Assembly: GCA_964016885.1 (NCBI GenBank)
Contig: OZ024742.1
Span: forward strand, 289,106,001 to 289,170,000
Length of the DNA stretch: 64,000 bases
Direction of reading: 5' to 3'
Origin: Eledone cirrhosa
Lineage: Eukaryota
The translations under genes and the position numbers were made by a program. This document shows, piece by piece, positions 26,000-39,410 of the stretch (positions within the stretch are counted from its first letter, which is position 1; each line of letters opens with the position of its first letter). The notes under the pieces were generated by a model that was given only the letters and a program-made list of their open reading frames with translations, ran no database searches and was not told the DNA's origin.

Positions 26000-28900
26000 C
26001 TACAGGTTTATATACAGAGACGGCCCATTCACTTGGGCCATTTTTACCACATTCGCCCACCTTTCAGCGAATTTACTGGGGTGTAGCACCTCTCTCTCCA
26101 CTCTCACCTTCCTTCTGAAGTGATACTTAAAGAAGGGGATAAGTTGTTGTCCGGAGAGAAAGGTGTTTGCCCTCAGTCCTTTTAACCTCGTTCACCATAT
26201 TACCTCTTTCGCCATAGCCACCAGACAGAGGAAAACCGTCTCTCCTTCGTTCTTAAATGAAGGCGGCAGGGTGATCCTCATGATGGACTCGGCTGACAAC
26301 TGGATGCGTCCCACACGTGACAGTAACTGTTCGACATAATTCCACAGGTCAGTCACCCCTGGGCACTGAACAATTGCGTGCAGAACGGTTTTGATGTCCT
26401 GCTCGCATCTTGGACAGGTCCTTTTAGCAGGATCTCTGCCAGGGCATCCGTGCCTGTAGATTTTATCTCAAACTGGTAGAGCTCCTCGGTAGCACTGCCA
26501 GGCCAGAGATCTCTGGAAGTTATTCATAGGCCCTGGACGGAAAGTCCTCCTGAACAGACTGGTCAGTTCGTCCTCCTCGATGCCTAGAGTTTCCCTGAAA
26601 ACATTGTCGCACTTATCCTCCACTAATCCTCTATAGAATGTCGAAATAGAGTCTCCAATGATTGCCGTTTCCGCTTGGTAGAGGGCTGTAAGCGCCTGTA
26701 GGCACTCGAGGTGACAGGCACCCATTTTCGGTCTTCGCTTGACCCAGGACTGCAGCTCTGTTAGTGAGACGAGTTGTGGAAGAGCTTGTCTCACAAACGA
26801 CAGCCACACCGGTTCACCGATCAGGAATACCTGGAGATGGCATAGCCTCAGCGCATGTTTGCGCATCATCAGCCACGGCCTGTCCAGGCTCCGTTAGAAG
26901 GGTGTTGACAGCAGATGGATCTCCTCACCAATGGAGCCTGTTTCTTCCAGAGGAACTTGAAGAGTAGGTGTTCCATTTTGGTAAGGTATTCGCGGGGGCA
27001 AGGCACAACTGTCAAGCGGTAATAGATGACGGACGCTATGTAAGTGTTCGCCACCACCGCTCGACCTTTCAAGGAGAGGTTACACTCAGTCCACTTCTGG
27101 GTGAGTGCAAACACCTTTGCCGTGACCTCGTTCCAGTTCTTGTCCACCTGGAGGTCTGGACCGAACCAGACCCCGAGCAATTTCACTGGTCCAAGGCATG
27201 GGTTTGCCTCTCCATGTGCCGAGTTACAAACCGACAGACTTGTTTGGGTTTAGTCTTGCTCCTGTCAATGTTTCGTATTCCTGTAATAGGTTGCCGATTA
27301 CCCTGATTTCCGAGGTTTTCGACACCATTACGGTTATGTCGTCGGCATAGGCTGACGCTGCTTTCCACAGTCCTGGTTCGATCGGGATGCCCTGCAACAG
27401 CTCCAATTTCCACAGTAACGGCTCGAGAGTCAGTACATACAGAATGGAGGAGAGAGGGCATCCCTGATGGATGCAACGCATGATTTGGAATGGCTCTGAT
27501 AGGTAGCCATTCACCTTGACTGCCGAGCAGATGCTGGTGTGCATGGCAGCGATCCAGCCTCTGAAGACGGGACCGAAGCCGGCCGCCTTGAGAACTGCTT
27601 CCAAGAATTGATGGTCGACCCTATCAAATGCCTTAGACTGATCTAAATTGATCAAAGCCTCACCAAAGCCAGGTTTAAACCCTACCCTCTCTATGATGTA
27701 TCGCATGAGGTGGAGGTTGTCATGTATGGACCTGGTCGGGATTGCACACATTTGGGCTTCCTCTACCAGGTTCTCGACGACAAGTGCCAGCCTTGCTGCT
27801 AACACCTTGGCCAAAATCTTTGACTCTGTGTTGAGCAGAGTTATGGGCCTGAAATTGCTTATCTCATCCCCCTTGTTCTCATCCCCCTTGTTCTCATCTT
27901 TCCTGATCAGCGTTACTACGCCTCTGCCTTCAGAACTGGGAATCCTCCCGTTCTGCTGACAGTTGCAGTAGACTGCTTTGAGGATGCCAGAGAACAAGTC
28001 TGGCATGCCTATGTAAAACTCATAGGGCAGACCATCTAAACCGGGTGATTTGCATTTCCCGCAGCGGCCTAGGGCATCTTATATTTTGCCCGCTGTGATC
28101 GGCCTTTCGCAGCTCTCCGCATCCATGCTCGAGAGACGCGGTACGCCATTGAGGTAGGAGCTGAAGTCCATCACCTCGCTCGATGTACCGCTTTGCCCGA
28201 ACAGTTGTGCAAAATGCTGCTGGAACGCCGCACACATCTGCTTGGATTCAAGTATAATGCGTCCATCTTTGTCTTGCAAAGACCGAATTGCGGATTTGTT
28301 GCCACTTTTCGCCTCTGCCACTCGGGCCCAGCTAACAGCTTTGGCTCCCTCATTTCTTAGAGCACATGTTCTACTTCTGACAATACAACCTTCGTGTTTC
28401 ACGTTGAAGAACTAGTCTAGTGCCATTCTCGCCACTAGCACGTCAGCTGTACTGCCATTCCTAAGTGCCTCTTCTATTTTAGCTACCAGTTAGTTCCTTT
28501 TCAGTTTTGTTTTTTTTCTAAAGCTACTTCCTTGCTAAATGCTATTGATTCTATTCTAATTGCTCTTTAGAGAGCTCCACCACCTGTTGTTGAAGATCGC
28601 CCCCGTCAACTGGCACTTAACTAAGGTGCTAATCCGGTTACTGTAGGCCTTACACGCCGGGAGCGACATGTTTAGCTTCCAGTATTCGGGTCCCTGTCTA
28701 TGTGTTCTATCAAGGTTGACTACGCAGGTGACTAATTTGTGGTCTGAATAGGCAACCATGTGCATTTGTGGACAGCTTAATGTTTCCTTATCATTCTGTC
28801 TAATTAAAAATCTATCTAAATACCATCTAGAAGACTCAGTGCGGTTGCTCCACGTCCACAGTGGTGCACTTGGGAAGTCTAGTCGATATCTATCAGCCAG

Positions 28901-29397
28901 TTGGAATTAGCTGATGAGATTTTTGAGGCTATTACACCCCCCTCTATTATCACAAGCTCCTACATAGTCCCAACATGCATCTAAGATGCCATTCCAGTCC
29001 CCCGCTAACACTAAGGAGCGAGACGTTCCCAGGAATGGCTCCAGACGCTTGAAGAACTCTGGTCGCGATGTCCCAGTCGGGGCATATACGGCCACCAGTC
29101 TGAAAGCTCCACCTTCACTACCATTCACGTCCAGGACCACCAGGCTGCCCTCCGGGGCCAAGTGAATCATCTGTATTTTGAGATCCAAGTTTTTTCGAAA
29201 CAGAACAGCAACTCCCCCTCCACCTCCTGGCTGACAGAGAGATGCGTGGGGGTTAGCTGCTGATTGTCGTGAATTCTGGACTCGGTGATGGCTATCACAT
29301 CTATACAATGTGACCTGAGATCATTTAAAAGGTGGCCCTGTTTCCAGGACATGCCCAGGTCATGTACATTCAAACATCCAGCTTGTATAGTCGCCAT
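26000..29397 (-). pseudogene. Tx1 ORF2 (APE endonuclease + reverse transcriptase + CCHC finger), multiple frameshifts
   Basis: GCLNV, VYAP, AGDWN, YSDH; RPITLLN, LDQSKAFDRVDH, QGCPLS, AYADD, KLLGV. Confidence 0.92.
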
Positions 29398-29437
29398 GTT
29401 GGTGAAGAAGAGTTAAGGAGAAAAAAGACAGGAACAC

Positions 29438-31043
29438 TTACCTTTTCGTTTCCTGGAGGTCGGGTTGTTCGATCTCCATGTCCAGATTGGTGGTGTTTGT
29501 AGAGGGAGGGAATCCTTTTAGCATGACTCGGTTAAGGGGCTTTTGGCAAGGGGGGCCCATATCATGTGGGAAGTTCTCTTTTAAAGTTTCATACTGTAGG
29601 GTTGTTACCCTGAGAAGTTTGAGGTTTGGGAGTGGGTCGTTGGTGGAGAAAGTTTTCCCTTCCGTTTGTATTGTGGGGTCCTTTCGGACAGTTTCCACCA
29701 GTTCTTTGTTTCTTGTTTTTATGTATGTGTGTTTTGTTTTTTATGTGTACTGTTTCTGTTTGTAGTTTTCTTTTTGTGGTTGGGGTTTGTGATTGTGGTG
29801 GTGTGGGTGTTTGTTTTGTTGGTGAAGTGTTTGGTTGTGTTGGTGGTGATTATGTTGTTGTGTTTGTCGTTTGTGGCGGTGTGTTTATGGTGGGGTTGGT
29901 TGTGTGCGTGTTTTCTGTAGATGTTTTTGTGTCTTTTTTTATGTCTTTTTTGTTTTTTGGATTTTTGGGGTTCCTCTTCATTCTCACTTGGAGATGTAGA
30001 GGTTCCCGTATCTGAGACTTCTGAATCAGGGGTAGATGGGAGGGGTATGTTGTGTGGTGGAGTGTTTGTGCAGGTGTTTGAGGAAGTATTTGACAGGGGG
30101 GGGAAGAGGCAATGGAGGGTTTTTCAGTGGGATTTTGTGTGTGTGGTTGTCTCTGGTCTGTGGTGGTGTGGGAGTGGATATTGCAGGTGTTTGTGTTGTG
30201 TTTGGTTTGGAGTGTTGATGTTGGGGTTTTGGTATTGGTAATAACACCTTGTTTGTCCTCGGTTTGTTTAAGAGAGGGCAAAAGGCTTTTAAGTGTGTGG
30301 TTTTCCCACACTTATGGCACTGAGGTCTTTTCCCTTCCACTAAAATGGAGATGACATCTTCCTCAAGGACGATCCTGTCCGGTATTTTTTGAACTCTCTC
30401 TGGCCTCATTTGTACCAGAACCTCTATGCAGGTTCCAAACCAGTTATGCCGATCTGTCCTGTCTGCAGATAGGAGGGTGTCCTCATCCTTCTTCGGGATG
30501 CAGCGTAGGATCCACCATATGTTGCTGCTGGGATCCTAGTTATTTTTATTTTGTAGGATCTTCTTCCCATATATGTGGGGAAGACGATGTGTTGATCCGT
30601 TTTTATTGGGTGAACCGAGTGTTTTTGTGCCAGAGTTTCGCTCTTAAAGAGCACTGACACACTTCCATACTGTTTACCTCTTTGGAGGTATGCCACGTCT
30701 GGCTTGATATCTTTTAGTGCAGCTTTGATAGTGCTTGTTGGGAGCGTTATGGGTTTTTTGGTAGTGATGTCAACTGTTCTATAAATTAGCTTCTTTTTCT
30801 GTGTCATTTCTCTTACTTGTGGGGGTATGTGTATGTGCGGGGTGTCTCCCTCAAACGTCACAGAGTTGGAAGCTTCTTCCAAATATTGGGACTTTTGGGA
30901 AATGTCCATGGAGTAGTATTTAAAATCCTATTGCTTAGCAACTGTTGCTGCAAATGAAATTTTGTTATTGTTGTTGTTGGTGGTGATGATGGCCTCATTC
31001 GTTGTGTTGCCACTGATTCCTTTTGTTGTGTTGTTGTTCTCAT
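29438..31043 (-). pseudogene. Tx1 ORF1 (RRM-like region + CCHC knuckle), frameshifted
   Basis: RGKQYGSVSVLFKSE shared with copy 2; CHKCGKTTHLKAFC = CX2CX4HX4C; ends LKGFP...R*. Confidence 0.8.
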
Positions 31044-31550
31044 TTATTGTGTTGTTGTTGTTGGTTGTGGTGGTATGCTACACATACTTCCTTCTGTGTG
31101 TGGATACATGTGACGTTTGTGACGTAAGGCGTGTTCAGTTGCTTACAAGCAGCTGAAGCTTGTTCTTATAAATGTTGAGGCGATAATGTTGGCATTCCTT
31201 TGTCCATGTCTGCTACTACCTGCTGGTCAAGTAGGCATGGCTTTCCCTTCCCATCTTCTTGTTTTGACAAAAAAGTAGGTGCCTTTGCTTCAGTCATTTT
31301 TTTAAAATTTGAAGTGCTTTGCAAACATTTTTTTAAAAATATTTTGGATGTTTTTGCCCTGAGGGGCACGATATTTTGGGAGACTGATCAGATCAAAATT
31401 TGACCTGTCAGTCCCTCTACAAATTGGTATAAAAATAAAAGTTCACAATGACGAATTTCTAAAGAAATTTAAACAAAACTTACCGAGCAAGTTTAACACA
31501 TGTGTCCATTCCAGAGATAGATAGATAGATAGAGATAGAGAGGAGGGGGA

Positions 31551-31627
<77 letters not shown>

Positions 31628-31802
31628 TTGATAACACTATAGTGGACATTGTAGAAGATGAAAGGAAACAACAAAGTGAAAAATGGTGGAAGTAGACATT
31701 ACAGTGAATTACATACCACTAGAGGAGGTGGTGGAATATCACTGGTTAATTCTTGAAGCAAGTCAACACAAACATAAACATTGCTGCGGGGGGTAGCCGT
31801 GC

Positions 31803-32235
31803 ACCTTTGCAGGGAGCAACACCTGATTCTTCGGCAAGGCCAGGTGATAGTGAGACTGAGGCATTGAAATAGCCAAGTACCTTTGCAGGGAGCAACACAT
31901 GATACATCAGCAAGGCCAGGTGATAACGAAACTGAGGCACTGGAATAGCCAAGTACCTTTGCAGGGAGCAACACATGATACATCAGCAAGGCCAGGTGAT
32001 AGCGAGACTGAGGCAGTGGTACAGCCGAGTACCTTTGCAGGGAACAACACTTGATACTTCAGCAAGGCCAGGTAATAGCAAGACTGAGGCACTGGTACAG
32101 CCGAGTACCTTTACAGAAGAGCAACACCTGATTCTTCAGCAAGGACAGGTGATAGCGAGACTGAGACACTGAAATAGTCAAGCACTCTCATGAGTATCAC
32201 CTGCTAAGGTGAGGTGATAGCAAGACTAAGGTGCT
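31803..32235. repeat. 76-bp tandem repeat, ~5.5 copies
   Basis: ACCTTTGCAGGGAGCAACAC...AGCAAGGCCAGGTGATAG.GAGACTGAGGCACTGG at 31803, 31879, 31955, 32031, 32107. Confidence 0.92.
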
Positions 32236-33001
32236 GGCAGGTACTAGTGGATATCCCATGGGCAGACAAATAATAGCCAAGGAGACTGTGAGAGGGGGGA
32301 GAGAGAGAGGTAGTTGGGGGAGATAACATCACGACTAGGCTATACTCAGTATTTCTTAATGTATTATACAACTTGAGTATAACACAAACACTGAAATTTC
32401 TGAAGCTAAACTATGGAAATGAAAGTATAACATGACCTCCACAGTACAGCCATGGCTAAGTATTTTTTTTTAAAACAATAGTTATGACTTAGTTATAACA
32501 GTAATATTATGAAAACAGAACTGATCCTATGTAGTCTCTTTATTAATATATTTTATAAATGCCTTTGAGACAAATGATATTCAATGATATTCAATTATAC
32601 TGATGACTAAATAACAAATATTGCTGATATATCAAATACCATGTGTAAACAATTGTTATCAACATATATTTGCTGTCTTGCCATTTGAAATGAATATTTT
32701 GTAAGCTCAGTAAAAAAATTTTAAAAATGTGTACTTGTGTATAATAAGAACCCCCCACCCACATTATATCCACAGTATAATGTAAATGTATGTGACCTAG
32801 TGGTTAGGATGTTGGCCTAGTGATCATAATACCATGGGTTCGATTCCTAGTCTGGGTTGTGATTTGTGTTCTTGAGCAAAAAAACTTCATTTCCCTTTGT
32901 TCCAGTATACATTGTACAGCTAAAAGTTAGTACTACCAGTAACTGGAGATTTAACCCTGTGATGTACTGATGATATATATGTGTGTATATATATATATAT
33001 A

Positions 33002-34130
33002 CTAGCAGAGGTACCCGGCGTTGCTCGGGTATTAAATAGCAGTTATGTATACCATTTATGTCAATACTTCAGTGCTGCTTCGAAAACTATACTTTTATAA
33101 ACTCATCGACTTTTTCCAAAAGGGGGTTCCTGCCCTCGGGGGTCCCCTACTCAATATGTGCCAGTTCTGAGAGTTCACATTCATCTGTAGAACAAACGTA
33201 TCCCATGTGTCAAGTTTTGTGAAAATCGGTTGCGAACTCCAGAAGTTATGACGTTTTTTTTTGCATTGCACTGCAGTGCTTCAGTCGACTCCAAGGAAGT
33301 GGTTAAAGGGCGTTATCCGCCGGGAGGCCCTATAATCAATATCTGGAAAAATGAAAGTGTCCATGACCATCCGGAGTACATGAGTAACCTGTCTTAAGTT
33401 TGGTGAAAATACTGTAGAAATGCATGAGGTTTACACACACGCGCGCACGCGCACGTGTGTGTGTGTGTATGTATTTGTGTGTGCGTATGTATAAGTATGT
33501 GTATGTTCGTCGGTGCATACGTATGTACTGGCCTAAATCTTCACTATTTATTTTTACTATGTTAAGGCAAAGTTAAAATCCCGTCGAGGTTAACTTTGCC
33601 TTTCATCCTTACGGGGTCGATAAAATAAAGTACCAGTAATGTACTGTTTAATTGCTGGCCTTGTGCCAAAAGTAGAAACAACTATTTTAATAACCTGTCA
33701 TTTTCGTTTACAATTTTATTTACATCATTCTTAAACTTCGGGGCTGGAAATCATTCGGTTATTTTAAATAGAATATTAGGCTAACGACTCCATTTACACC
33801 ATAAACTTGGTCTTCTCTTTGCATGAAATTGTTCTCGGTCCACCGCGTCGTTTATACGTAACATAAATAGATAAGCAAATGACGCCATAAAAGGGAAATA
33901 ACTCGTCTCTCATCTCTATTTATACATTTGAACTGAAAAATCAATACATTACAAATTCGATTTTTACACTTGGCGTGGGTCGATTTGAAAATTTATTTGA
34001 CCGATGGTTCCGCGGGACCTTCATCTATAAGTGTAGCAATTTCACCGAAATTTGAACGTACGGTTTAAGAGGAGATGTGTGCCGAAGGTTTTAGTAGACA
34101 GACAGACAACCTCAGTTTTATATATATAGA
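33002..34130 (-). mobile_element. Non-autonomous Helitron (copy 1), with a SINE fragment inside
   Basis: Minus strand begins TCTATATATATAAAA and ends with hairpin CCCGAGCAACGCCGGG a few nt before CTAG, followed by T. Confidence 0.8.
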
Positions 34131-35094
34131 CTAGCAGTAAAGCCCGGCGTTGCTCGGGGTCGCTCATTAGCTGTGTTAAAGTTACAATGTTAAGTTTCTT
34201 TTTTGGCTTAAAAACTGTAGTGTCTACTGTGCAGACTTGCATGTGGTGTTTTTGATTAATATTCCCTCAACCAACAATATGCCTTATGAAGTTAAGAAAA
34301 CATAACGATAACCCGAATGTTATAACAAAAGAGGATGCTGGGGATAAAAACTGCACTGGTTATTTATTAACAAAGATCGAAAATGTAAACACTGCAACGC
34401 AGAGAAAAACATTAGCGTAACCAAATTATCAGTTATGTCTGTCTGCACGCCTATATCACCTCTCTGCACGACTGTCTGTCTGCACGCCTATATCACCTCT
34501 CTGCACGACTGTCTGTCTGTCTGCACGCGTATATCACCTCTCTGCACGACTGTCTGTCTGCACGACTGTCTGTCTGCACGTCTAACGAAATTTACAGATA
34601 CATATATTTTAAATAAACTTATATAATTTTTGCTTTTTTTTACGAAATATTTGCTTGTTTTACGTAGTCTTTAAATAGACTTGTTTTCAAGTAAAAATAT
34701 TGTTTTAAAAGGCTTTTAAATGGAAATGAAGCAAAACGGAAGCTTAGTGTTCGAACTGATGAATTTTGCAGGTCAAAATGTTGCTGGCTCGACAACTGTT
34801 CGTGTATTGTGTTAATGTCATTTTAAACGCTGAGAAAGCCAGCGTAAAACGTAAGACGCTCAATGTAAACAGAACAAAGGGAAATAACTCGTCACTTACG
34901 CTCAAAAATCGATACATTAGATTCGATTTCGTCACATAGGGTGGGTCAATTTGAAATTTTTTTTTCCCGATGTCTTCGCTAGGGCTCAATGTATAAGTAT
35001 AGCAATTTCGGTGCAATTCCGTGCTAGATTCTAAGAGGAGATGTGTGCCAAAAATCGATAGACAGACAGACAACCACAGTTTTATATATATAGA
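34131..35094 (-). mobile_element. Non-autonomous Helitron (copy 2)
   Basis: Same 5' TC end (preceded by A), same hairpin and CTAG 3' end; shares ~200 bp of 5' sequence with copy 1; internal GTCTGCACG repeats. Confidence 0.8.
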
Positions 35095-35120
35095 TTACTT
35101 CAAAATATTAATAAATATAT

Positions 35121-35710
35121 ATATTACTTCAAAAATTAATAAATATAGACATTCATGTGATCAAATATATTTTATTATACATATTTCAGAGGTACTGAGC
35201 TATTTCAACAGTACGTCCTCATCAGATTACTTCTCTCGCTATCTCACATATCTCCCTATCTTTATTTTTACTATCAAATCTATTCCTTTTTTCTCTCTCT
35301 CCTACGATTAGCTTTTTTTCGCTCTCTCGCTTGCTCTATCTACAATACAGAGGTATACATATTTTATTATTTAAATTTTTAACAGTTAAGTAGTTTTATG
35401 TATTATATTTATTATTATTTATTTATTATTATAAATTTTGATATTTTTATACACAATCTCATACCTACCCACTGTATTATATGTAATTTTTCATGTTTCA
35501 ACTTAAGGTATATAAATATTGAGTTTTGTCATAACTAATCACTGCCATGACTGAATTTTAACCACCAACACAGTCAAGGTATGTCAGACATCAATTTATT
35601 TTATCTTTTGAGGACGTACTGTTGAAATAGCTCAGTACCTCTGAAATATGTATAATAAAATATATTTGATCACATGAATGTCTTTATTTATTTATAGTTT
35701 GAAGTAATAT
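35121..35710. mobile_element. Inverted pair of hammerhead-containing ~100-bp arms (PLE pLTR-like)
   Basis: 35121-35221 is the reverse complement of 35609-35710; (C)TGATGA-GGA.GTACTG..CAGTAC.TCT-GAAA-TATGT-ATA. Confidence 0.7.
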
Positions 35711-36019
35711 TAATAACCCCAGAAAACCTTCTGTAGAGTGCTTCTAATCTATTGTAAAACTTTATTCATTGATTAATTCATTGAACCTTGTTAAACTTTT
35801 AATTATATATATATGCGGTTATGAGAAGCGGTTCTTATTCGGGTACAACTTCTGATTTAGCCTAAGAAAATATCTATATGCGTGTGTAATTTATACAAGC
35901 ATATATTTATTTTTTTATTTTCAATTGAGTTCTTAAACACGTCGGATTGATAATGTTTTCAAAAAAACTATTTAACCCGCATGTATATTATTTTTTTCCT
36001 CATTTCGTGGGTTGTCTCC

Positions 36020-36140
36020 CCTTCCCGCTTCGTGTCGCTATGATACTTCCTCAGTCAAAAACTGCTGGAATTTCAAATTTGGCGGTCATTTGAGGTGAGA
36101 GAGAGCTACTTTACGGACATGACTTTTGACAGCGGTAAGA
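36020..36140 (+). promoter_or_regulatory. Candidate Pol II promoter / first exon
   Basis: Locally CpG-rich unique DNA with TTCCCGC (36022) and TTTGGCGG (36078) E2F-like sites, TTCAAA (CHR-like), TCAGT Inr (36051), donor G|GTAAGA (36135). Confidence 0.3.
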
Positions 36141-38419
36141 AATTTGTTTTCTTATATCAATGTTTAATGGGCTTCCACTGACGATTTATAAGTGCCCACC
36201 TAAATATATTCTTACATGAATATATATTAGGCTTCTACATAAACTGGAAACATTCTCCCAAACTTGTAGAAAACTTATAATGAAACAATTGTTTGGAAAG
36301 AGAGATATACTTTAACTTTAATTATATCTCATAAAATAATACAACTGGTTTTTTCCACATTATACATTTTGTTAGCACCCCAAACACTTAAATTGGGTTT
36401 ATATTTTAATATAACCTAATGTTTGTTGAGTGAGATGGTTACCAGTCAGAGTTTAGCTTTAAACTATCTCTGTTATTGTATTAAATATATATATATATAT
36501 ATATAATTCATTAGATTAATTGAAGGAAAGATGATGAATTTTCAATTTTCCCTTCATATCTCACATGTGATGTGTATTGAGTTTGTTTTTATTAAGTATG
36601 TTTTCATTTACAGTGTGTCCACATCTTGAGTGACTTCAAACAGTGCCATTTTGTATATATATATAAGTGCCAGTTCATTTTCTATATTAGCTTTTCTGAC
36701 TTCATTCCTGCTGAAACCTACAAAGTTGCTATTGAATTATTATAGCTTCATTTAATCTTCTTAAATCAGATTTCCACTTAATACTTTTAAGCTTTATCCT
36801 TTACCAAAAATCGTTATCTTTTATGTTATTATTTATGTGATGATGATGATGATGATGACGACGAGGATGATGATGATGATAGTGGTGGTGGCGATTGATG
36901 ATGATGATAGTGGTAAAGATGATGGTGGTGGTGGTGATAGTGAATTAATGATAGTGGTGATTGAAGGTGATGATAATGATGATGATAAGAGTGGTGCTGA
37001 TGGTGATGATGGTGGTGGTGATGGAGGTGGAGATGATGAGAGTGGTGGTGGTGGTGATGTTGGTGGCAGTGGTGGTTGATGATGATGGTGATGATGGTGG
37101 TAGTGGTGGTGGTGATTGATGATGATGATGATGATGATGGTGATAGTGGTGGTAATGATGATGGTGGTGATGGTGATTGATGCGATGATAGTGGTGATAT
37201 GGTGATGATGATGATGATAGGGATGATGATGGTGGTGGTGATGATGATATATCTTTCTATTGAAGTCAAATAGGGAGGAGGGTTTGGGGGGAACTTCAGA
37301 AAAGTCTGTGGTGGTTGACTCACAATTTTAAAGTCACCTAGAGGTGTAATATATGCTTATGTAAGACATTTTATTTCACGTTGCTCTCGTCCACTCAGCT
37401 AACACACACACACACTTGATAAGACAACGATATGTGTTCCTCTTTTTATAGACGTTTATATATATATATATATATATACTCCACACGTTGTTACATCGAT
37501 TGGCAGTATCGGTAGAGCGTCAGACATCATGCTTCGCGGCATAGAGTTACGGCCCTTTGCGTTCTGAGTTCAAATCCCAACCGCAGTGAAACCACCCATG
37601 GTTCTATGATACGAAACTGTTTGTTGAAACTTTTCTATACCAACTAACCTGAAACTAACCATGATTCTATCATACAAGACTGTTTGTTTTAGCCCTTTAG
37701 TATTTACAGTACTCTATATTTACTAGTATATTTTCACAGTAAAGACATTATCTCACATAATATCGGATCTATGAGATTTTGACATTAGAAGCTATTGAGG
37801 TTCAACACACACACACATATACACACAAATCAAGTTTAGCAGATAAGAAGAATATTCCACTGTCTTTAATGTCACCAACCAATATTTCTTATTAACTCTT
37901 TTGATAGGAAATTCCTGGTTCTATGATTCAAAACTGTTTAAAATTTAAATATATGTTTTAGCTACAATGCAGACAACTATAAGTAATAGAGTTGTAAGCT
38001 TACTTGAATGGAAATACTAGCAAAAACATTGCAGAAATGCTGGTAAAAATTAACGCAATCTGTCTGTTATATTTTTTGGCTATTTTTGAGTAAGTTTATA
38101 TATTGCCATATTTATTCATGTCAAACCTTTGCAAGCAGGGAAAAGCGGACGTAAAATGATGATGAATACACACTTCTATTACAGATTTTTAAACCCTAAA
38201 ATTATGGCTGTATAGCATACACAAGAACAAGATTGGTGCACAAGCTATTGTGGACATTTTGGTATATATCATGTTTAACGTCCATTTTTCCATGCTAGCA
38301 TGGGCTGGTTGAGTTGTCCCGCTGTGAGACAAATCAGATCAGGTGATCATGTCTTGCTCATACAGAACAGTTTCTAGCTTAGTTTCTATGGCTGGGTGCC
38401 CTTTCTAACGCCAACCACA

Positions 38420-38956
38420 TTTACAATGTGTACTGGGTGCTTTTTGTTGTGACACCAACATGACCACTTTACAGTGTTGACTGGGTGCTTTTTGTTATGA
38501 CACCTACATGGCCACTTTACAGTGTGGGCTGGGTGATTTTTGTTATGACACCTACATGGCCACTTTACAGTGTGGGCTGGGTGCTTTTTATCATGACACC
38601 TACACGAATATTTTACAGTGTAGGCTGGGTGCTTTTTGTCATGACACTTATATGACTACTATACAGTGTGGGCTGGGTGGTTTTTGTCATGACACCTACA
38701 TGACCACTTTACAGTGTGGACTGCATGCTTTTTGTCATGACACCTACATGACCACTTTACAGTGAGGGCTGGGTGCTTTTTGTCATGACACCTACATGGC
38801 CACTTTACAGTGTGGGCTAGGTGATTTTTGTCATGACAACTACATGACCACTTTACAGTGTGGGCTGGGTGCTTTTTGTTGTGACACCTACATGACTACT
38901 TTACAGTATGGGCTGGGTGATTTTTGTTGTGACACCTACATGAGAACTTTACAGTA
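38420..38956. repeat. 48-bp minisatellite (~11 copies) derived from a SINE-internal unit
   Basis: CTGGGTGCTTTTTGTCATGACACCTACATGACCACTTTACAGTGTGGG; contiguous with a minus-strand SINE 3' half at 38275-38420. Confidence 0.92.
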
Positions 38957-39029
38957 GGACTGGTATATTTATATATAACAAACAAAACAGACAACTACTT
39001 CACAATCAACATATAGTATGTATCATATA

Positions 39030-39410
39030 TGTGACTTTTTTTTCTGAGCTTTCTTTGGTAGCATTAGTGTGAGATTACAAATAATTAAAACCTCTATGAC
39101 TCTAGACAGATACTTAAATCTTTTCCTGTCATCATTCAGTGACAAAAATTCTATATAATTCCATAAAACATTAATTCTATAATACTTTGCATCATAATCA
39201 AAGAGTCATCACAAGCATTGTGGGGAAATATGTTATTTGGCAGTATTTGATAATCCAGAAATTCATTGTGGAATTTTTCAACTTCACTTGCTGAACTAAA
39301 ACAAGTAAAAAGGTTACTGTATCTATCAACAACTAACAAACAAACCTAGGGAAACTAAGCTTTCACTCTTTCTGTAAAATTAATAAAGGATGTATTCCTT
39401 AGGAACCCAC
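39030..39410 (-). pseudogene. Possible hAT transposase C-terminal remnant
   Basis: VDRYSNL...EFLDYQIL...RFKYLSRVIEVLII resembling the region around the hAT dimerisation domain; many stops. Confidence 0.35.

Larger units (their letters stand above)
25744..31511 (-). mobile_element. Full-length, decayed L1/Tx1-clade LINE (copy 1)
   Basis: ORF1 and ORF2 remnants; AATAAA at the 3' end; flanked by the 22-bp direct repeat CAGAGATAGATAGATAGATAGA (25722-25743 and 31512-31533). Confidence 0.9.

Noticed and set aside
31803-32235. Hammerhead in the 76-bp repeat (minus-strand CTGAAGA..CAGG/CCTG..CAAA)
   Set aside because: GAAA is absent, stem I does not pair, and most units have CTGATGT
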